A stretch of 64,000 bases of DNA, taken from Candidatus Saccharimonadota bacterium (lineage in GTDB: Bacteria; Patescibacteriota; Saccharimonadia; Saccharimonadales; AQU-01). The position numbers were made by a program, and so were the translations under genes. Where the stretch lies: positions 1,771 through 65,770 of the forward strand of contig JBAXJI010000001.1 of assembly GCA_037137935.1 (NCBI GenBank). The letters are read 5' to 3'. The first letter of the stretch is position 1, and the number at the start of each line of letters is the position of its first letter. This document shows positions 49,238 through 60,141 of the stretch, piece by piece. Below the pieces are notes generated by a model, which was not told the origin of the DNA, searched no databases, and worked only from the letters and a program-made list of their open reading frames with translations.

Positions 49238-49759
49238 CTAGTTTGCCTGTACGCAATATGGTGTAGCCGTACCATTTGTTTCTAGTAGGTACTGGATAGC
49301 TACTTTTGTATTTGAGGCATCGTAAGAAACCGCGCCAGCTGCACCGCATGTGCCATTTTGGAATAATGCTAATGCTGTCAAGTTAGCGTTAGCGGCTCCT
49401 GTTACCATTGCTGCTGCGCCTATAGCTGGTGTCTGTGAAATCGTTAACGTGTTAGCGCCAACTGCAGCACCGTAAGCTAATCCATTGTATTGCGCAAGTG
49501 ACCCAGTGGCGTTAACCAAACTTAGACCACTGGTTGCTGGTGCTGTAGCGATTGCACTCCCTGGATTATTAGCATACCAGTCTATTACTGCTGCCCCTAC
49601 TCTTGCTATATCATTTTTCCTAGCCGTATTACGTTGACTTCTCTGTAAGCCAGGTACAGCCAAGAAAACTATTAACATGATAAGTCCGGCTATCGCTAGC
49701 ACTATCATTGCTTCAATGATAGTGAACCCTTCAGATCGCTTTTTTAAGTTTTTGAACAT
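49238..49759 (-). CDS. pilA: Type IV major pilin
   Basis: MFKNLKKRSEG|FTIIEAMIVLAIAGLIMLIV prepilin signal. 173 aa with C-terminal Cys pair. Confidence 0.75.
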   Translation of the reverse strand: MFKNLKKRSEGFTIIEAMIVLAIAGLIMLIVFLAVPGLQRSQRNTARKNDIARVGAAVIDWYANNPGSAIATAPATSGLSLVNATGSLAQYNGLAYGAAVGANTLTISQTPAIGAAAMVTGAANANLTALALFQNGTCGAAGAVSYDASNTKVAIQYLLETNGTATPYCVQAN

Positions 49760-49911
49760 ATAATACGCCCCCCCTAGAAATTATTAATTATGCTTATGTT
49801 TTTAATGATACGTTTATCTTAAATAAAAAGCAATACTATTTATATACTTTATGGCGAATACCGCTATGTCGTATTCGATCTCTATTAAGCCCTTCTCTTA
49901 TGGGCCATTTA

Positions 49912-51132
49912 CTAAATAACTGTGGACTGGCCTGCTAGGTTATATATAGGTAGAAGTACTGCCGCCACAATAATAAATGCCATAACACCAAGTACCACCA
50001 TTAACAGCGGCTCGATTATTAATGACAGGCTCTTTACCTGTTCGTCAACTTCCTTCTCGTAGTATTCGGCTGTCTTTTCTAACATCTTCTCTATTGCACC
50101 GGACTTCTCTCCAATATTTAACATATTTGATACTAGGGGCAAGAAATTATTGTCACCCTTAATTGCTTCAGATAACGGCTTTCCGCCTCTAACTTTTTCT
50201 ATGGCAGCACTGAGTGATTTTGCTATATGGACATTATTAATGGCCTGAGAGGTGATCTCGAGGACTTTTATTAATGACACCCCGCTAGATACTAATGTGG
50301 TGGCCGTGCGGGCGAATCTAGCCATATACAACTTCATAAACAACGGACCTATCGGCCAAGCCTTCATCTTAATATTGTCAAATAAACTCTTACCGACGAC
50401 GCCTCTTGCCCAGCGCGACACTGCAAATCCGCCAAAACCTACCATAATCAATACTAACCACCAAAATTTCGAAATTATATGGGATATATCCAGTAATATT
50501 ACTGTCACGAAAGGTAACTTTGCGCCTTTCATTCCTGCGTACAACACCTCAACCTGAGGCAAAACCTTTACTATCATAAAAGACATAACCGCAATCATTA
50601 CTACGACCACAATCATCGGATAGATTAATGCACCCCTTACTTTACGAATAATCTCAGCATCCTTCTCTTGTTGGTAAGCCAGCCTCTCTAGCGCTTTGTC
50701 CAAAGTACCCGATGTCTCGCCAGCCTGCACCAAACTCACATATACCTGATTAAATACCATCGGATGCCTGCCCAAAGAGTCTGACAAGGTAGAGCCAGCC
50801 TCTATATCGGCTATGATTACGCTGCCGATGTTTTTGAGAGGCTTACTGGCTGACTGCTCAATTACTGTGATTAACGCCTGAATAAGCGGCAGCCCGGCGT
50901 TAATAAGCGTAGAGAGCTGTCGTGAGAACAAAACCTTGTCTTTTCCTGAAACCTTCTTCTTAAACCTGCCAACACTAAGGCCACCTTCAGTCTTTAAAAC
51001 TTTTATGTCTATAGGAGAAAATCCTGCCTTAAAAATAAGATTAGCAGCAGTTTGCTCGTCATCTGCCTGGACTTCTGACTTTACCTTTTGGCCTGTAGCT
51101 GGGTCGTGAGCAGTGTATTTATAGGTCAGCAT
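49912..51132 (-). CDS. pilC: Type IV pilus platform protein PilC (GspF family)
   Basis: 406 aa. Duplicated T2SS-F domains and three TM segments. Confidence 0.8.
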   Translation of the reverse strand: MLTYKYTAHDPATGQKVKSEVQADDEQTAANLIFKAGFSPIDIKVLKTEGGLSVGRFKKKVSGKDKVLFSRQLSTLINAGLPLIQALITVIEQSASKPLKNIGSVIIADIEAGSTLSDSLGRHPMVFNQVYVSLVQAGETSGTLDKALERLAYQQEKDAEIIRKVRGALIYPMIVVVVMIAVMSFMIVKVLPQVEVLYAGMKGAKLPFVTVILLDISHIISKFWWLVLIMVGFGGFAVSRWARGVVGKSLFDNIKMKAWPIGPLFMKLYMARFARTATTLVSSGVSLIKVLEITSQAINNVHIAKSLSAAIEKVRGGKPLSEAIKGDNNFLPLVSNMLNIGEKSGAIEKMLEKTAEYYEKEVDEQVKSLSLIIEPLLMVVLGVMAFIIVAAVLLPIYNLAGQSTVI

Positions 51133-51227
51133 ACGAGCTCCGCCACACTGTCGTCACTAACAGATTCATGAAGTGATATGATTACTAAATCTATATTTAT
51201 CATACGGTCAATTACCTCTGTTATAAA

Positions 51228-52295
51228 CTAAGCCCTCATTAAACGATCGAGCTCCTCGACATCAACCGCGTAGGTGCGGGCATCGTCATAACTAATCGCG
51301 CCGCTATGTATTAGGCCAATCAAGGTCTTGTCCATAGATTGCATACCAAACTCAGCCCCGGTCTGAATTACAGCTTCCAGTTGATGGCTCTTACCCTCTC
51401 GGATAATATTACGAACTGCTGGCGTGACAACTAGTATTTCGGCCGCCACCGTACGACCACCACCAATAGTTGGGATTAGTCGCTGAGAACAGATTGCCAT
51501 TAAAATGTTAGACAACTGTGACCTAATTTGCGGTTGTTGATGCGGCGGGAAAACATCGACCATGCGGTCAATACTTTGTGAAGCTGAGTTTGTGTGCAGA
51601 GTCGTCAAGACAAGATGGCCAGTTTCGGCAATGGTGATCGCTGAGGAAATAGTCTCAAGGTCTCTCATTTCTCCAATAAGCACAACATCTGGATCTTCAC
51701 GTAGTGCTGAGCGAAGAGCTGCCGAGAAGGAGTAAGTGTCATAGTGAACTTCTCGTTGAACAATTACAGAACGCTTCGACTTATGCGTGAACTCAATCGG
51801 GTCTTCGATAGTCAAAATATGAGCCGGTCGCTCTTCGTTAATCTTATTAATAATCGCAGCTTGCGTGGTGGACTTACCAGATCCAGTTGGGCCAGTAACT
51901 AGCACTAACCCTCTTGGATAATTTGCAAAAGTACTGACAATTGCTGGCAGACCCAGTTCTTCTATTGTTTTGATCTGATTCGGAATCAAACGAAGTGCTG
52001 CAGCCAAGTTGCCTCGCTCGTGAAAAGCATTAACGCGGAATCTACCTAGATCACCAAATGCAAAACTAAAATCAAACTCTTTATCCTTGAGCAGAATCTG
52101 TTTCTGGTCTTCGTCTAATATAGAAAAAATCAGCAACTCAACTGTTTCCTCGGTCAGAGGAGCAACACTCGGCACAGGCACAATAGAGCCATCGATGCGT
52201 AACATTGGAGCGACTCCAACCTGTAAATGTAGATCAGAAGCCTTCTTTTTGATGACTTCTTCTAGCAACTCTTCAATTTTTACATGTCCTTGCAT
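51228..52295 (-). CDS. pilT: Twitching motility retraction ATPase PilT
   Basis: 355 aa. Walker A LVTGPTGSGKSTT. Asp box, Walker B and His box as in PilT. Confidence 0.85.
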   Translation of the reverse strand: MQGHVKIEELLEEVIKKKASDLHLQVGVAPMLRIDGSIVPVPSVAPLTEETVELLIFSILDEDQKQILLKDKEFDFSFAFGDLGRFRVNAFHERGNLAAALRLIPNQIKTIEELGLPAIVSTFANYPRGLVLVTGPTGSGKSTTQAAIINKINEERPAHILTIEDPIEFTHKSKRSVIVQREVHYDTYSFSAALRSALREDPDVVLIGEMRDLETISSAITIAETGHLVLTTLHTNSASQSIDRMVDVFPPHQQPQIRSQLSNILMAICSQRLIPTIGGGRTVAAEILVVTPAVRNIIREGKSHQLEAVIQTGAEFGMQSMDKTLIGLIHSGAISYDDARTYAVDVEELDRLMRA

Positions 52296-52443
52296 TATAG
52301 TTGCCCCCTAAACCCTTTAATCAGCAATGAGTAGTATGCAGGAACTAACTTCGCGCTTAATAAGCTTGTAGGCCTTTTATGTATCGCTCTGCTTATTTCT
52401 GACATTTCCCCACCCTTCTATTAACTACTAAATAATTTCTCAT

Positions 52444-54240
52444 TTAATTAAACTCTGACCCTGCTACTCGATTGACTTCTGCCAACGTCGTATAGCCTGC
52501 TAGAGCCTTCAAGACACCGTCTTGACGCATAGTTACCATTCCCTGCTCGGCTTCTGCGGCTTTCTGAATTTCTGTACTGGTCGACCTTTTTAAGATCAAA
52601 TCCTGAATGCTTTCGGTTACTTCGAAAACTTCGTACAGACCCATTCGCCCCTTATAGCCACCAGGCGTCTCTGGACTATCCTTGCCCTTATATAAAGTAT
52701 AAGCGCTATCACCCTTAAGTGGCAAGTTTTCGTAGCCAAGATCGGCCGCAACTTCAGCTTTGACCGATTCATTTTCCGGCAACAAGTCGCCAATTGCCGT
52801 TTTTACAGCCTCTGATTCTAGTTTATCTGACAAGTAAGGATCTTTGCTGTCACTAATTCGACGCACCAGTCTTTGACCAATAATAGTGCGTACTGTACTT
52901 GCTATCAAAAACGGCTCTATGCCCATATCTAGTAGACGAGGCAAAATGCCGGCGGCTGAATTGGTGTGCAGTGTGGAGAAAACAAGGTGACCTGTTAGTG
53001 CGGCCTGAACAGCCAAAGTAGCAGTCTCTTTGTCACGGATTTCACCCACCATTATTACATTAGGATCTTGGCGCAGAATTGAGCGTAAACCTGAGGAAAA
53101 AGTTAATCCAACCTCACTGTTAACTTGAATTTGATTTATGCCCTCCATCTTATATTCGACAGGATCTTCTAGGGTAACTATGTTTATGGCGTCATTTTTT
53201 ATCTCCTGAATTAGGGCATATAACGAAGTCGACTTGCCCGATCCGGTTGGACCACTAGTCAGAATCATACCGCTAGTTTGCTTTAGCCCTTCCCTAATAG
53301 TTCTGAGCGCTCTGCCATGATAACCCATATCTTCAAGGTGGAGATCAGTACCAGTCTTGTCCAGCAAACGAATAACTACCTGCTCTCCCCAAACTACAGG
53401 CGAAATGGCGATACGTAAATCAATATCTTTGCCGCCGGTCTTGATGCTAAACTGTCCATCTTGAGGTATTCGATGCTCATCGATTTTTAAATTAGATAAA
53501 ATCTTGATTCTGGATACGAGGGGCGGCTCAGTTGACTTGGGCAATTTCATAATCTCTCTTAATACTCCATCAATCCTAGCCCGAATTTTTAATTCCTTTT
53601 CGAGCGGTTCGATGTGTATATCGCTGGCTCGATTTTTTGCGGCAAACTCAAGAATCGCAGACAAAGCCTTACTAATTGGCGAATCCTGAACAATAGTTTT
53701 TATATTTTTAGTTTTTAATTGCGAGTTATCTACTGCTTCTTCGTTTTCCACCTGCTTAACTGGACCATCTAATGCGCCCATGACGTCGTTGTTTAGGTCC
53801 TTTTTATACTGCTGCAAAACATTACGGACACCTTCTTCACTGGCCGCATAGACCTTAAGCGGTCTACCTATCTTATTCGACAAAAAATCAACAGCCTGCA
53901 CATTGTCTGCATCTAGCATGGCAACCACTAGTCTGTTCTGCATCTCACCTAAAGGTACGGACATGTAACGCTCAGCTATGTCCTCTGGCAAAAGCGCCAA
54001 GATAGACGGATTAATTTTGGCCTTTGTCAGATTCACATAAGGCATGTTAGTAACCTCTGCTATAGTCTTTGTAAGCGCCTCGTTAGTAACCTTTCCGTCG
54101 ACGGTCATGACACTAAAAACTGGCGTTTTGATTTGTTGTGCGCGCAATTTAAGTTCTGATAGCTGATTATCGGTAATTAAACCATTAGCAACTAGCTTAT
54201 CTTCGACCTGTTTCTGGACGGATGCAGATAAAACACTCAC
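52444..54240 (-). CDS. pilB: Type IV pilus assembly ATPase PilB (GspE family)
   Basis: 598 aa. N-terminal GSPII domains. Walker A ILTSGPTGSGKSTSLYA. Tetracysteine-less variant. Confidence 0.85.
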   Translation of the reverse strand: MSVLSASVQKQVEDKLVANGLITDNQLSELKLRAQQIKTPVFSVMTVDGKVTNEALTKTIAEVTNMPYVNLTKAKINPSILALLPEDIAERYMSVPLGEMQNRLVVAMLDADNVQAVDFLSNKIGRPLKVYAASEEGVRNVLQQYKKDLNNDVMGALDGPVKQVENEEAVDNSQLKTKNIKTIVQDSPISKALSAILEFAAKNRASDIHIEPLEKELKIRARIDGVLREIMKLPKSTEPPLVSRIKILSNLKIDEHRIPQDGQFSIKTGGKDIDLRIAISPVVWGEQVVIRLLDKTGTDLHLEDMGYHGRALRTIREGLKQTSGMILTSGPTGSGKSTSLYALIQEIKNDAINIVTLEDPVEYKMEGINQIQVNSEVGLTFSSGLRSILRQDPNVIMVGEIRDKETATLAVQAALTGHLVFSTLHTNSAAGILPRLLDMGIEPFLIASTVRTIIGQRLVRRISDSKDPYLSDKLESEAVKTAIGDLLPENESVKAEVAADLGYENLPLKGDSAYTLYKGKDSPETPGGYKGRMGLYEVFEVTESIQDLILKRSTSTEIQKAAEAEQGMVTMRQDGVLKALAGYTTLAEVNRVAGSEFN

Positions 54241-54311
54241 GAGATACCACCCAATAATTGGCCAGCTGCAGTTTGGTTAGGCTGAACAGTCAATAACATT
54301 AAACCTACTCC

Positions 54312-54560
54312 TTAGTTAGTGCCGCCGAAAGGCTGAGGATTAGTGTTGTCACCGATTCTAATAATCTTGGTCGGATTGATTGAATCAGCATTAAAATACC
54401 TGCTATCAGGTCGTTTAAACTCAGGGCTTATTAATTCAACAACCTCCACCTTCTCCTGCCTATTCTTGGGTGCTGTAATGAAAAGATTAGATAATACCAA
54501 AGACAAAATTCCTGATATCGTCGCTATAACTACAATAATTAATATATCTTTTCGCTTCAT
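54312..54560 (-). CDS. Small membrane protein in T4P operon
   Basis: 82 aa, single TM. Confidence 0.35.
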   Translation of the reverse strand: MKRKDILIIVVIATISGILSLVLSNLFITAPKNRQEKVEVVELISPEFKRPDSRYFNADSINPTKIIRIGDNTNPQPFGGTN

Positions 54561-55228
54561 TTTATAACCTCAGTTTTTGCTGATCTTACAATTCCTGGCT
54601 GGTAATAAGTTTTTGCCGTCACACTCATAGTCATCTGATCATCGCTGCCACCAAGCTGCAAAGCAGTTATTTTTATTGGACGAATAGACCGCTGAAGAGT
54701 GTCTAGCGCTGCCAGGATTGATTTATGATTACCGCTAAAACTCATACTAAAATTCATATCAACTGGAGCAACCTTAGGAGATGTCTTAACTCCCAATTGA
54801 CCAATTTCATCATCTGTTCCACCGCCGAACGACTCAAGTTTAAATAGAGGCGAGGAATAATATACCTTCTCTATACTGGAGGCAAAAGCAGGAAAATCAT
54901 ACTTACTTGGCAGTGCGTCGAGCACAATCTTGGCATTGTCCCCGTCATTACTGCCCACACCAACTGCTTTTCCTCCAATGACATTCACATCATCATTTTG
55001 AAAAGAAGTGTATGCGGTCTTTAGTTTAGCAACAGCATCTACATTCTTTTTGATTTGAACTAAAGCTTTGGATTTTTTATCAATTACTCTTCCTTGGTAA
55101 GACTGCTGATTAAGTAGAGCTCTTGACGCTATTAGCGAGAATGACGCTATAGCAACGGCTCCAGAAATTATAATAATTACTTGGGTATTAGCTTTTATTA
55201 CCAGTAGTCTTTTTGTGGAAAATTTCAT
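54557..55228 (-). CDS. pilO: PilO-like pilus assembly protein
   Basis: 223 aa. N-terminal TM. Sits between pilN and pilB as in pilMNO clusters. Confidence 0.5.
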   Translation of the reverse strand: MKFSTKRLLVIKANTQVIIIISGAVAIASFSLIASRALLNQQSYQGRVIDKKSKALVQIKKNVDAVAKLKTAYTSFQNDDVNVIGGKAVGVGSNDGDNAKIVLDALPSKYDFPAFASSIEKVYYSSPLFKLESFGGGTDDEIGQLGVKTSPKVAPVDMNFSMSFSGNHKSILAALDTLQRSIRPIKITALQLGGSDDQMTMSVTAKTYYQPGIVRSAKTEVIK

Positions 55229-55908
55229 GGCGATACCTTTACGTTGTCTTGTTGCTGAAACAAAGCATCTGGCTTCTCTGTTTCACTTCTAGTACTTATT
55301 ACTTTTGGCACCGTTAGGCTCAATTTAGTATTTGCATCAAATATTAAGGGGTCAAAAATTGTAGATACACTGTAGGTGCTGTTTTTAGTTGTTTTAGCGA
55401 AGCTGCTCAATACAGTAGACGAAAATACTTTCTTGCTAGTAGTCTGGCCGTCAATAGTATAGGTGGTGAACTTTATAGTATCGACAAATTTATTGACCGT
55501 ACTAAGAGCGTCTGCAGTACCGCCAACAGTTAAAGCTCCGCTCGCGAAATCAATAGATAAAGTACTCAAACTAACATTTGCTGGGGTTATTAAATTCATA
55601 TAACCGAATAATCTGCTGGCTACTGGTTTTCCATCATGTAGAGCTGTTAGGCTATTAAGCTGGTTCTGTATGGTCAGAATCTTGTCTAGGTCTTTAGTCC
55701 CTTTTATCTTATTTTCGTTTGATGCTATATTTTTTGAAATATCAGACAGGTGCTTCTTTTGAGCAACATTAACAAAAATAAATAATAGTATTACCGCCGC
55801 CAAAGATACAGTAGTAACGCTTGCTGCTCCAACCATAACTAGTCGTTTTAATTTGCGCGCCTTAATAAAAGCTAGTTTTACGTCTGGTAGTAGGTTGAAT
55901 TGGATCAT
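55225..55908 (-). CDS. pilN: Type IV pilus assembly protein PilN
   Basis: N-terminus MIQFNLLPD (INLLP motif), then a TM helix. Confidence 0.7.
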   Translation of the reverse strand: MIQFNLLPDVKLAFIKARKLKRLVMVGAASVTTVSLAAVILLFIFVNVAQKKHLSDISKNIASNENKIKGTKDLDKILTIQNQLNSLTALHDGKPVASRLFGYMNLITPANVSLSTLSIDFASGALTVGGTADALSTVNKFVDTIKFTTYTIDGQTTSKKVFSSTVLSSFAKTTKNSTYSVSTIFDPLIFDANTKLSLTVPKVISTRSETEKPDALFQQQDNVKVSP

Positions 55909-56948
55909 TCTACTCGCTCCGCAAGCCCAGCAGCAACACCAAAGTGGTTAGATACTGCCAAAAGTTCGTTTTGTCTGTTTATCGGAAAGGCTACATTGCG
56001 CCACGAGTTGCCAATTTCCGCACTAATGCCAAACTTATTGGCAATATATAGCGGAAACTCTGGCAAAACTGATGCAGCTCCAGTAACAATAATTCTTTCG
56101 AGCTTAGCAGATTCTCCATATCGACTCACAAAGAACTTTATAGACTTTTCAATTTCTGTAACTAAAATATCTACAGTGCCTATTAATGCGTTATAGACCT
56201 GCCCTTCAAGCTTATCCCTATTTAGGCCAAATTTGAATACGAACTGTTGTGCTTGCTTGTCGTCAATGTTGAGGTTCTGTGCGGCAGTATGCACCATCGC
56301 CTCTGCTCCAGTAGGTATAGACCTCGTCAATCTTGGACCACCTTGCACACTAATAACGATGTCGGTTGTTTTGTTGCCGATATCAATAACCATCTGAGGA
56401 GCAGTAGCACCAGCCGGTATCAATGCTCTTGCTAGCGCCAGATTGTCTGGCTCAAATGCTATAACATTTAATCCGCTAGCCTCTAGCAGATCTAGTCTTT
56501 GTTCTATGAAATCATTTGGCACGCTAGACAATAATATCTCCACCTTGCCCTTTTCTTTGGGGGAATCGCCCATTAGTGCCCAGTCTAGTTTTGATTGCGC
56601 CAATGGTGTAGGTATTAATGAGTCAGCTTGGTACTTTATAGATTTAGCAAGATCTTTGGTGGAAAGTTTGTCTACATCAACTACGGTAGTAAATACGCGC
56701 TGAGAAGGAATACCGACGGCTACATTCTTGGTAGTAACCCTTGCCTGCCCTAGTAATTCATGAACGGCTTGTATTACCTTTAGCTGATCTGGCTTGGAGT
56801 CACTCATCGCCAGCCGACTATCGAGAGGTATATAACCATATTTAGCCAAATGCTTGACGGGTCCATTGCCTTTTAATTGAACCAGACGAATAGCAGTCGT
56901 ACCGATGTCAAGACCAAAGAATTCTGATACTCCACTCAAGATGCTCAT
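55905..56948 (-). CDS. pilM: Type IV pilus assembly protein PilM (actin-like ATPase)
   Basis: GLDIGTTAIRLV phosphate-1 motif. 347 aa. Confidence 0.8.
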   Translation of the reverse strand: MSILSGVSEFFGLDIGTTAIRLVQLKGNGPVKHLAKYGYIPLDSRLAMSDSKPDQLKVIQAVHELLGQARVTTKNVAVGIPSQRVFTTVVDVDKLSTKDLAKSIKYQADSLIPTPLAQSKLDWALMGDSPKEKGKVEILLSSVPNDFIEQRLDLLEASGLNVIAFEPDNLALARALIPAGATAPQMVIDIGNKTTDIVISVQGGPRLTRSIPTGAEAMVHTAAQNLNIDDKQAQQFVFKFGLNRDKLEGQVYNALIGTVDILVTEIEKSIKFFVSRYGESAKLERIIVTGAASVLPEFPLYIANKFGISAEIGNSWRNVAFPINRQNELLAVSNHFGVAAGLAERVE

Positions 56949-57024
56949 ATTACCTCGATTATACCATAAGCACTATCTATAAATGCAATACAGTTAGCTG
57001 TGGCGAGTTTGCAATAAACGCTGA

Positions 57025-60000
57025 TTAAAATATAGACGGGAGACCTGAAATACCGTCAAGCTTAAGAGTTCCAGATCCTGACCCTCCAGAACCTTGAAGT
57101 GGCGACGAAATCCAATTTGAAGGATCTGTCACAAATACTTCAGCAGTATTAGCGCTAAGACTTGATTCATTAAGAACTCTAGCCCCATAACTACCTTGTG
57201 TTCTTTGGAATTTAATCCTTTCAGCACTAAAACTACCTCTAACAGTTAGTTTAGTACTACAATCAGTCTTTAATTGAATGGCGATGATTTCGGCGAATCT
57301 ATTCATACAGGTACGGATAACTCCTCCTGGATCGCTTTCAGCTTCTGCAGCAGGAAGACAGACTTTTCGAGGAATAGCAACATACCACCCTGTAATTTCC
57401 GTAACACTCTTGTCGATATATATATTTCCACAGACGACAATAGTCAAGTTAGGTATGTCGTCTACACTACTCCACGCACCAGAATAGACAATATTACCCA
57501 TAATGCTTAAGTTGCCGTCCACAAAAATAGTCTGCTTTGAGGTAACTACAGTTGGCAAAGGCCCTCCAACGACATGGCAAGTATCTCCTGACTTCTTGTA
57601 TGCATTGTCAGTACCACACCCCAAGGTGCCATAATGAGGGTATTCCCAGTAACCTGGAGTACTCAGACTTACTAACCTGTCTGCACCAGTGTTTATAGAC
57701 TTTCCTCGCAATGCTGCCCAGTAATTTGGCTGGCATCCAACAGGACCAAAGTTGCCAGAGGTAACTGTAGAATCGATTTTAGCGAAAAATAGGCTTTGCC
57801 TTTGTAGGGGTGCCCTTAGATCTGCGGTAGAAAATTGACTAGCTGGAATAGGACCACGCGCCATTGCACCATACTGCGTAGACGAACCTGAGCCGTCAAG
57901 TAAATTGCCCCACCCATAAATTCCGCCTGTTCCAGTAGTAGCACAGGCTGGCGCAAAAGCTGCACCTGCCCTTACATCACCACCAAAGACCTTGATATAA
58001 GGCCTGGATACTTTAGGTATTGATTTTGAGCATTGTAGTATATCGGGGGGAGCGTTGCCACCACTAAAGCTATAAGAAACATAAAATGAATCCATTGATG
58101 TGTTGGAAGTCGCAGTTATTGTCGCTCCAATTGCGCTTCCAAGCGAAGGTAGCGGCGAAGGAGTATATGCAATATTTGCATAATAATGATAGGTCGAAAA
58201 ACTGAAACCATCCATAGTGAATACATTTAGCTGAGCACCATTTAAAGCCCCAAGTCCGGTATTAGTAAATTTAGGAATTATGTCTACGATTTGCCCTGGT
58301 TCAATTTCTGTAGGCAGATTAGCCATATCGCACTTAATTATTGGCACAGGGTCTCGTACATTAATAGTAGCTTTACATATATTATTTCCCCAACCATGCC
58401 CCGCATCAACAAAGCCCCAGTTGAATTCATAGCTTCCGGCGACCAAAGGCGAGCGTATATCCACTAAGTTTATTAAGGGAGCTCCATAGCTCGGCTCGTC
58501 CTGATAGGATATTTGTGTGAGCGAGAGAGTCTGGGGACCATCTCCAACTATTCTACTACTGGCCCTAGCATATTTACTCTGTGCGGGCGACGCCGGAGAA
58601 TCATTTGCCAGATAATTTATTATATCCGTAGTAGGCGAGCCAGGATCAGGTCCTTTTATTTCAGGCCCCCAGCTCGGGCCATTTACACCTATCTGATAAC
58701 CATTAGCATTAGTGACGGGCACAGTAAATCTAAGCGGGTGATCCGTTAATAAATCAGGCGAGCCAGTGACCGCGTCCGTGACCGACATAGCTGCAGTACA
58801 GCTAGGCATCTTATTGCAATCACTAGACGGTGTGCCTCCACCTGGTAAAACATAATTAACAAAAATCTGAAGGGTGTTAGTGCGTGTTAAATTATTGATT
58901 TCTAGAGTGTATGTATGCCCTTGCTTGAAAGAGTACATAGCCAATAGATTTGTTGAGTCAGGAAGAATCAAATGACCATTATTGCCATTGGCGGGGGCCC
59001 ACAAAATATCATTCGAAAGGTTGGCTCCAGCGGAATCCGGAATGTATGTAGTGACTCCATCAGTACCGATATCTATAATCCTGGCTCTAATATTATTCTG
59101 ACCATAAATATTAGCATCAAGATCATAAATATCTATTTGGCCCAACATATCCACGTGGCATGGAGGCAAAACAATATGCTGATTGAATAAACCTCCGTTC
59201 GGGTCTGCAGATGGGACTTGGGAGAAGCTAGAGTATCCTACAGAAGCAAAAGGATTCAAAGGAGATACTGATGGACAAGAAAATACATAACTACCCGGAT
59301 CAGGACAAATAAAAGAAGTCTCTGATACACCTATTCTTAGTCTAGGCGACAACGCTCCCAGTCTGTACCTATTATATGCATATATTCCGTCAGTATTACC
59401 CGGTCCAATCATGTCAGCCGTAAAATAATATTTATAGTAATCTCCTTGCCTGCCTGATGAATTAGCCAGCGTAGGGGTAAAGATCATACTGAGGTCATGA
59501 AGACCAGATAAACAAATGATATTTTCGGTATCAATGGTTGACGTTGGACTATTCTTTATACTAAAAATTGACTTCGTGAGATTAGACTTGTCTATATTGG
59601 AGCTGGGATTATTGTCGCATCCATCAATAATTGTTATAACCTGCACAGTACCAAGCATATCTGAAGGCACATAAATTACTGCAGCCGTAATTTTGCCGGG
59701 CATACAATCAACTGCACTTGGACAGAGTTCATTAATCATATACGTGCATGGAGCACCAGCATCTGAAGTTTCAGGAAAAACATTACTTGGCGCTGCAGGT
59801 AAATATGTTACAGGAGATGGTGCCACATTATCAACGCATGGAGTAGTTGCAGTAGCCGCACACCTATGAGGGAGCTCCCAGGTAACTTTATCTTGACAAG
59901 TGACAGACTGACACACATAGCCGGGTGCATGTTGCACGAAGGCCGGTCCGTTCGGGCAAAACACATTTGGTGGTGGCGGGGGCGGCACAATACCCCCTCC

Positions 60001-60141
60001 AGTATTGGCGTAGGCTCGGCTAGTAAAAACTAAACTAGCAAATACGGCCATCGTTACGGTAACAAAAATCATACTGAGCAATCTTAGAGTAAAGTCCCGT
60101 CTTTTAGCTAAGATTTCTGAGTTACGCACTAGGCGCTCCAT
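57025..60141 (-). CDS. Large secreted Cys-rich protein heading the T4P operon (putative pilus-associated adhesin)
   Basis: 1038 aa. N-terminal signal/TM. A PPPPPNVFCPNG segment and many Cys. No enzymatic motif recognised. Confidence 0.4.
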   Translation of the reverse strand: MERLVRNSEILAKRRDFTLRLLSMIFVTVTMAVFASLVFTSRAYANTGGGIVPPPPPPNVFCPNGPAFVQHAPGYVCQSVTCQDKVTWELPHRCAATATTPCVDNVAPSPVTYLPAAPSNVFPETSDAGAPCTYMINELCPSAVDCMPGKITAAVIYVPSDMLGTVQVITIIDGCDNNPSSNIDKSNLTKSIFSIKNSPTSTIDTENIICLSGLHDLSMIFTPTLANSSGRQGDYYKYYFTADMIGPGNTDGIYAYNRYRLGALSPRLRIGVSETSFICPDPGSYVFSCPSVSPLNPFASVGYSSFSQVPSADPNGGLFNQHIVLPPCHVDMLGQIDIYDLDANIYGQNNIRARIIDIGTDGVTTYIPDSAGANLSNDILWAPANGNNGHLILPDSTNLLAMYSFKQGHTYTLEINNLTRTNTLQIFVNYVLPGGGTPSSDCNKMPSCTAAMSVTDAVTGSPDLLTDHPLRFTVPVTNANGYQIGVNGPSWGPEIKGPDPGSPTTDIINYLANDSPASPAQSKYARASSRIVGDGPQTLSLTQISYQDEPSYGAPLINLVDIRSPLVAGSYEFNWGFVDAGHGWGNNICKATINVRDPVPIIKCDMANLPTEIEPGQIVDIIPKFTNTGLGALNGAQLNVFTMDGFSFSTYHYYANIAYTPSPLPSLGSAIGATITATSNTSMDSFYVSYSFSGGNAPPDILQCSKSIPKVSRPYIKVFGGDVRAGAAFAPACATTGTGGIYGWGNLLDGSGSSTQYGAMARGPIPASQFSTADLRAPLQRQSLFFAKIDSTVTSGNFGPVGCQPNYWAALRGKSINTGADRLVSLSTPGYWEYPHYGTLGCGTDNAYKKSGDTCHVVGGPLPTVVTSKQTIFVDGNLSIMGNIVYSGAWSSVDDIPNLTIVVCGNIYIDKSVTEITGWYVAIPRKVCLPAAEAESDPGGVIRTCMNRFAEIIAIQLKTDCSTKLTVRGSFSAERIKFQRTQGSYGARVLNESSLSANTAEVFVTDPSNWISSPLQGSGGSGSGTLKLDGISGLPSIF